Positions 57,818-64,000 of a stretch of DNA of 64,000 bases are shown piece by piece (position 1 is the first letter of the stretch; every line of letters starts with the position of its first letter). The stretch is from Hormiphora californensis (lineage: Eukaryota; Animalia; Ctenophora), in assembly GCA_020137815.1 (NCBI GenBank), contig CM035351.1, positions 7,006,001 through 7,070,000 on the forward strand. Direction: 5' to 3'. The notes under the pieces are model-generated. The model ran no database searches. It was given only the letters and a program-made list of their open reading frames with translations, and was not told where the DNA came from. A program made the position numbers and the translations under genes.

Positions 57818-58087
57818 GGGGCAGTACACACCAGTAAAATTTAAAAATTAATTTTTTACAGAATTAAAATTTTAACAACTACTGTTAAAATTCGCTCTCC
57901 CCTATTCTTATTATAGTCACAATCTCACGCGTCATTTTATAAATTTTAACAACTGTTAAAATCTTGAGCTGGATGTTAAAATGTCGCATTGGATTGTGAC
58001 TCTGAGAATAGGGGAGAGAGAGTGGCTATTGAAATTTTAATTCTATTAAAATTTTAATTTTTAAATTTTACTGGTGTGTACTGCCCC
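57818..58087. mobile_element. Tourist/PIF-Harbinger-like MITE
   Basis: TTA|ggggcagtacacaccagtaaaattt ... aaattttactggtgtgtactgcccc|TTA. Confidence 0.8.
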
Positions 58088-58721
58088 TTATAGGGCTTGT
58101 ATTAATTAGTGAGAGTGAGTTCTTACACAGAGATGCGTTATTTATTGTATTGTCCATATGATGATGTGGTCCAATTATTATTTACCAACACCTTATATCC
58201 GTGTTTAAAAAATTTGTAACATTTCCGTAATACAGTCGGACCCCGGGAATCGGGATGCTCGCTGTCTGGCGCCGCAAGACAGCTGATGCTCGGGGGAAAG
58301 CAAAGGGGTTTCCCGGTATATCGGGGTGTAACATACTAGGATTAGGGTTGGTGACAACTGACAATGTCGCGCCAGGTGTCTATGTCACTGACATAGACAC
58401 CCGGCACACAGGTGTCGGCTCCGCCCCCTAAAAAGGGTCGTGTCTTTCAAGAGATCTTGCACGCGATCCACTGGACCGATTTACATCCCGCTTGTTTCAT
58501 GAGACTGCGAATTGGTCCTAGTTTACTGGAAAATACCCGAGAAGTTGGTCTGTCAACAGGAAGTGGGTCAAAATTGACACTGAAATCAAGACAATTCTTG
58601 ACTGTCTGGTGCCGCAGCTCAGGCCCCATCTGAGCGCCCCGAATCAAATCGGGGTCTGGCAAGTGGCAGTGGCGCCGCAAGACAGGATGCTCGGGGGAAA
58701 GCAAAGGGGTTTCCCGGTATA

Positions 58722-58940
58722 TCCAGTACCACTACTGGTCCTTTGCCAGTACAGTCGGATCCCGATTTACCGGGAGGATAAACTTCCCCTACTCCTAGTA
58801 TGTTACCCCCCGATATAGTATATAGTATATCGGGGGGTAACATACTAAATTATTAGGAGTAGGGGAAGTTCATCCTCCCGGTAAATCGGGATCCGACCCC
58901 GATCCGACTGTACTGGCAAATGACCGGTAGTGGTACTGGT
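58722..58940. mobile_element. Nested palindromic MITE with Tc1/pogo-like TA-CAGTCG ends; partial copy at ~58230-58340
   Basis: ccagtaccactac...tacagtcggatcccgatttaccggg ... cccggtaaatcgggatccgac...tgta...gtagtggtactgg. Confidence 0.65.
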
Positions 58941-60288
58941 AGGTGGATAGGCACCCCTTTCCTATCAGCGAGATGCCTGACCATGACAGGACCCTTTTAT
59001 TTTATTCAAATTTTGAAGGTTTACAAAATTTCCCACGATCAATGCTAAATTTGTCTGACAAGACTTCCTTGAAGTTGGAAATGAAAGAATTGAAGCTATT
59101 TACTTGATAATAATATCTTAGCACTTTAGCAATTAGCACTCAACGATGGAGTTTCATGTCAAGAATGGGGGCGGGGCTGAGAGATTGACCTTGGGAAATT
59201 TTGAAAATAGAATACCCGGGTTATTTTTGTCTGGCTCTACCATCCACCGACCTGATCTGAGTGAGTCGAAACGGGGCAGGCACCGTAGAACAGGGTGTTG
59301 TTTGGGCACGTCGCGCTATCCCCTGTACGTGACGCACCAAGGATGTTGTTTACCACTGGCAATTAAATGGCAAACATAGCTGCTACCGCTATTCATTCCT
59401 TCTTTTGCCCGGTAGAAGATTGGTTTTTTATTTCTGTAGATTTATTGACACAGAATGTCAACTAGGCCAGGGCACGTCACGCAATTCCCTGTACGCGGCC
59501 AAAATGTCACTCGACTGAGCAGGAGCTTTTAATTTAAAAGCTCAGTCGAGTGACATTTTATATTAAATTAATTAGATATGAGTCAATAAAGTTAGCATTG
59601 TAATGTTAACATTGGATTGGTTCCATAATTGGTACTGTCCGCCGAATGAACTAATCAGGGGAGTGCACTGTCTGGCGCTGTCAGAGTATTAACCGTGGTC
59701 AGGTCTAATATAGCGACGCCGACCCGATCTGTGAGTCAAAACAGGGTCTGGCGCCAGACAGCACTGTCTGGGGTATGGCGGCGTCAGACAGCTTAGTGTG
59801 ACATGGATCATGCTCGCGGGAATAGGATGCTGGATGCCAATATGGATCATCCAAGATCTGTATGGCGGCGCCATACCCCATTTGATTCTCAAATTGGGCG
59901 ACAGATGGGGCGCTCAGATGGGGTCACGGCGCTGCAGACAGTCCAAGATTGGATTGTCATGATCATACTTCCTGATAGATTCTGTCATTTCCCCCCCCCC
60001 CCCCCTTTGACCTTTTTTCGTACGATTCGGGGCGAGGAGTCGGGAGAAACTAGAGCGGTGTGGGCATAGTGGGATACACGATTGTACCATTGTACTGTTT
60101 ATATCTAGATAGTGATAACGCCCACGCCTGTGACTCCGTGAGAATGAAATAGATGTACATGTAATCAACAGCTCACGATGACAAAGTGTCGCAATGCTCG
60201 CTTTTAATTCAGTGTCTAATTATCTGTGCTGTAGTGGTGTCCCTCTTCACAATTTAATATTACATCACCAAGTGTGCAGTGACACGTG

Positions 60289-63200
60289 CAATGGGTTGCT
60301 ATGGCGATGTCAAGGAGGCCATAACGGTGGATTTCTTCAGAGTCCTGGGAATTCTGGCTGTCGAACATGTCCTATCGTTCAGGTGAGAAAACACCGGGGG
60401 AGCTCTATAATAATTGGAACAGTAATTGTCTTCTCACTCTCAGTAAAACTTAATTGTATTATAGGATAGGCACTTTTACTAAAAGTGCCTATCCTAATAC
60501 AATTATGCACCAGGTACCCTGAGCTTGTTGACAGTTAACTTGACTCCCCCTAGGCCCCCTATACTGGCCAAGTTGACTTAATACGACAGGGGGCCTATAC
60601 TAGGCTACCGCTATAGGCCCCTTGTCATATTGGGGTCATATTCAATCAACTTAGGGGAAGTCCATTGTCCAATATCAATATAAAACCGGCTATCAAATGT
60701 TTCAGTGGTATATTCAGTGGTTACCTAACGACCATGAACGTGTACTACCTACTAGAAGATCCAGCTGTCTACATCCAATACACCGCCATTCTATCCATGG
60801 TGATAAACATCCCAGTTTCATTTCTAGTAGAGAAAGTATTCACCGTCAAACCGAAACACCTCTACCCCATTCTCTACATCATTAAGGGTTTATTTGTCTT
60901 CGCCTACGGGTGTGTCATGTACCAGGGGCAGTGGAGTGGGGAGAAGAGGTTGGTTATCTGTTTCATTATCATTCTAACCATGAAACTCGTGACGTCATTC
61001 GATGGAGGGTACATGGAGAAACATGTGGTACCGGAGCTGAGTAAGAAGTATAATGTGAAGTTGGGTGTCATGAATTCAACCACGACCTTCCTGGGGTTAA
61101 CAGTGGATTCCCTTAAAATGATAGCTGTAGGTTAGTGGCAAAGCATTATCTTCACTTTATAAAGACTAATAGCAATCAATACATTGAATTCATTGCTCAG
61201 CTGTTAGATCGAGAAGCGATCAAAAAGTTCCACTTTTTGGGGTACCGGACAAAAACTCGAATGGACGATAACTCGAACTCGAACTCGAAAATTTCGGACT
61301 ATAACTCACATTTTGAAAATCTCGAATCTAGGTGAGTTATAGTCCGGATCTGGTGACTTTTTGTCCGCCCCACTATTTAGGGTGAGTTAGAGTCCAAAAG
61401 GACATTAACTCACCTCTCATGGGAACTCGAGATTGCGGCCGATAGGCCGGAAGGCGGAAACGAGAGTTCACTGGTTTATATTCCCTTAGTAGTGTTAGGG
61501 TTATTGTTTGGGTTCGAGGTTAGGGCTGTATTAGGGTTGGGTTGGGTTTTACGGTAAAAACCAGGTGAGTTTCAATTTCGACATTTTGTCCTAGCTATCG
61601 ACTTTTTGTCCTAGCAAAAAGTCAAAATGAAAGCGGACAGAAAGTCACCAAAAAATAAAAAGTCGACGCCAATTTTCGGACAATAACTCACTTTCGAGTT
61701 ACAGTCCAGGTGAGTTACAGTCCTAAAGCCCACTTTTCGAATTTGGATTGTATTTCTGGAAAGATATGTCCTAATCAACTCTTTGGTGACATAGACACCT
61801 GGCGCGACCCTGGCCCGGGGGGGGGGGGTCGCGCCAGGTATCTATGTCACCAAATCAACTCTCTTTAGCTCTACCGGGCCGTAATCCGCTCTCAGTCTCG
61901 CATTAGTCCTTACCACTTTACCTCTTTACTTCTTTAGTTTCAATAGTTTTAACTTCATACTTCCCTCTACAGGCCAAGTTTACTCGAGATTAACACTAGA
62001 AGATGCCTCCCTCTACCTGTGCTCATTTTGCTTGGCCCTCGGAGTTGGACTTTCCATCTTCTTTTACTTTGCCTTTGCTGATATTGAGGCTGCCCCTATA
62101 AAAAAGAAACGGAAAGGAATACATGTGATTAAAAATATCAGGGAACAGTTCTCTACTTTAATGGTGAGATCAGAGCATCATGACACTGAGAGTTATAGTG
62201 GGTTTAGGATGCTGATCGTGAGATTCTCACGAGCTGATCCCACTATTGAGTCACATTGTGTTGGGCACGTGTTGCGAGCCCGAAGGGCGATCCCCTCACA
62301 CAAGGGGCTCCTACGGGGCAGGCAAGACATTGTGTCCGCACGAACAATTCAAACCCACCACTGGAAATGCTGTGGATGTGAGCCGATCTTAGCTTATCAA
62401 AATGGGGGGTGGCACCGAATAGATTGTGAAGGCATGCACATTTCCATTACATTATCACATTCGTCATTCACACTATAGCATTTCCATACTGATACAATTA
62501 CAACTTCTGAACTCTTTTAACATTGTACTGAACTCTTTTAACATTGTAACAGGGGTGCGAGGTAAAGGAGATTGTTTTCTGCGGACTGGCCGCATCTATG
62601 ACGATAAGTAATGGCTACATATCCTTATATTTGCTTAGTAAGTACTCATAAGAGTTTGTTGGGCATTATATAAGACGTTGCTCAACACGTTGGTGATCAC
62701 GTTTCGAATAGCATGAGTTTGGCAAAAGATTTAATAACCCCCTTCCCCTACTACAGGCAGCGGAATGAACGAAGTAACGGTAACATACACTCATGCACTA
62801 TCAAAAGCAACCCTTGTATTCGCGGCAATCGGTAATCTACTAAAGTATAGGTACGCGTATATAATGTCACGTAGCTATCTAAATAGTCTAGTAATTATAG
62901 TAATTAGTTAATTAGGCCTAACAGTATCCCACACAGTGTTTTATAGGGGGTTCGAAATTAAGTCAAAAACTACTGCCGCTGTACCCTAAAGGAAGACTCA
63001 ACCGACAATAGCCCTCACTTATGAAATTTCCCACGGTGCTACACCTCCTGATGAGAATAGAGACTTGAAATTTTCAGGTTAGGAAGAACTCGATATGATC
63101 TATATAGCCTGCAAATTTCAAGTCTATATCCGGCTCTATCTCATAATGCTATGCAGTCTGTCCATTCGGCCCCTTAAGCGCCTTGGACCTTCTGTGTGAG

Positions 63201-63723
63201 AGCTGACAGACAAGGAACATGTGAACTCATCAGAGGGTGGAGCAATGACCACAGGAAATTTCACAAAACCCAAGTGAGGGCTATTGTTGCCTGGGTTTTC
63301 CTTAAAGTACTGGTACAGTTAACCCATACTAATTGGCACAGATCCTAATTAGTACCATATTATTACGTACAGATGGAATTGGGAGAAGCTCTTTTTGAAT
63401 ATGATAGTGGTAGCTTTCTTTATCAGTCTTGGAACCTCACTCTTCCTAAGCGGTGAGTGCAGTTATTACATGGATAGACCGTATACCAATTTCGTATTTT
63501 AATTTATAAATTCAACTAATCAGTATGATTATCAGATTTTTACTTCCCCTGTTAAAACATAGGTTCATGGTTGGTAACCGTTGGACTGCCATGGTTCCAC
63601 GGGGAGCCTGACGCCCCAGATCTCAACACAATGCCCCTCTGGCTAATCCTATACTTTGTATGGAATGGGTTGACTACTTGGGTGCACCATTTATCTGATA
63701 TGATGAAAAATGAGTATATGCAG
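60289..63723 (+). CDS. Multi-pass membrane protein, possibly MFS-like transporter (3' partial)
   Basis: Exons ~60289-60382, 60706-61130, 61973-62163, ~62209-62430, 62553-62607, 62757-62850, 63373-63452, 63564-63723 encode successive hydrophobic helices separated by a central charged loop. No family motif recognised. Confidence 0.55.
61785..61852. repeat. Short palindromic dispersed element
   Basis: ggtgacatagacacctggcgcgacc...ggtcgcgccaggtatctatgtcacc. Related sequence at ~58350-58415. Confidence 0.7.
62986..63305. mobile_element. Degenerate MITE with terminal inverted repeats
   Basis: aaggaagactcaaccgacaatagccctcactt...gaaatttcc versus ggaaatttc...aagtgagggctattgttgcctgggttttcctt. Confidence 0.55.
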
Positions 63724-64000
63724 GTAATGTATATTATGTGTATTAATTGTAAATTAAAAGGGCTGTTTCACAAACCCCACCCGAGCTGAAAATCGAAACG
63801 GGGATAGAATGGGGTGGATATGTGATGTAAAAGTAAATAGTTTCAGCTGTTTTACATCATGGCGCCTCATGATACGAAGCTAGTCGACTAGCCTCAATAT
63901 TATACACATCCGCCAATTTCCCTCTCTCGTGGTAATTTACTGTCAGAGCATATTGGCCTGACCCATTCTCGCGAGCGCGCGAGAACTGTGGTCAGAGCAT

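Overview
Eukaryotic (animal) genomic DNA. It has short GT-AG introns, many (CT)n/(GA)n microsatellites and palindromic MITE/foldback elements. The compact, co-oriented gene packing resembles a trans-splicing invertebrate such as a ctenophore, but the taxon is an inference. Two runs of tightly packed + strand genes dominate. Run 1 is TMEM245, ALDH9A1-like, a 137-aa orphan, OGG1, a half-size phytochelatin synthase and ACSL. Run 2 is a BACK-like protein, ETFA, zeta-tubulin, C19orf25, RAMAC, UNC50, KANSL3 and eIF4B. Almost every start codon sits a few nt behind an unpaired branch-point/polypyrimidine/AG acceptor, which suggests spliced-leader-resolved operons. On the - strand are a calcium-channel alpha2delta gene and an intron-containing domesticated pogo/Tigger gene. 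The window ends with an uncharacterised multi-exon gene and a partial multi-pass membrane protein gene. Highlights are mutually exclusive gate-domain exons in ACSL, a five-copy tandem exon array, repeated tandem amplification of splice sites, a TSD-flanked 415-bp multimer with an inverted 5' end (retrozyme/Penelope-like), and two ~1.3-kb foldback palindromes, one of which supplies the OGG1 stop codon. Scattered 1-2 nt frameshifts in conserved genes look like long-read consensus errors. All calls come from reading the sequence and recalling family motifs; no searches were run.
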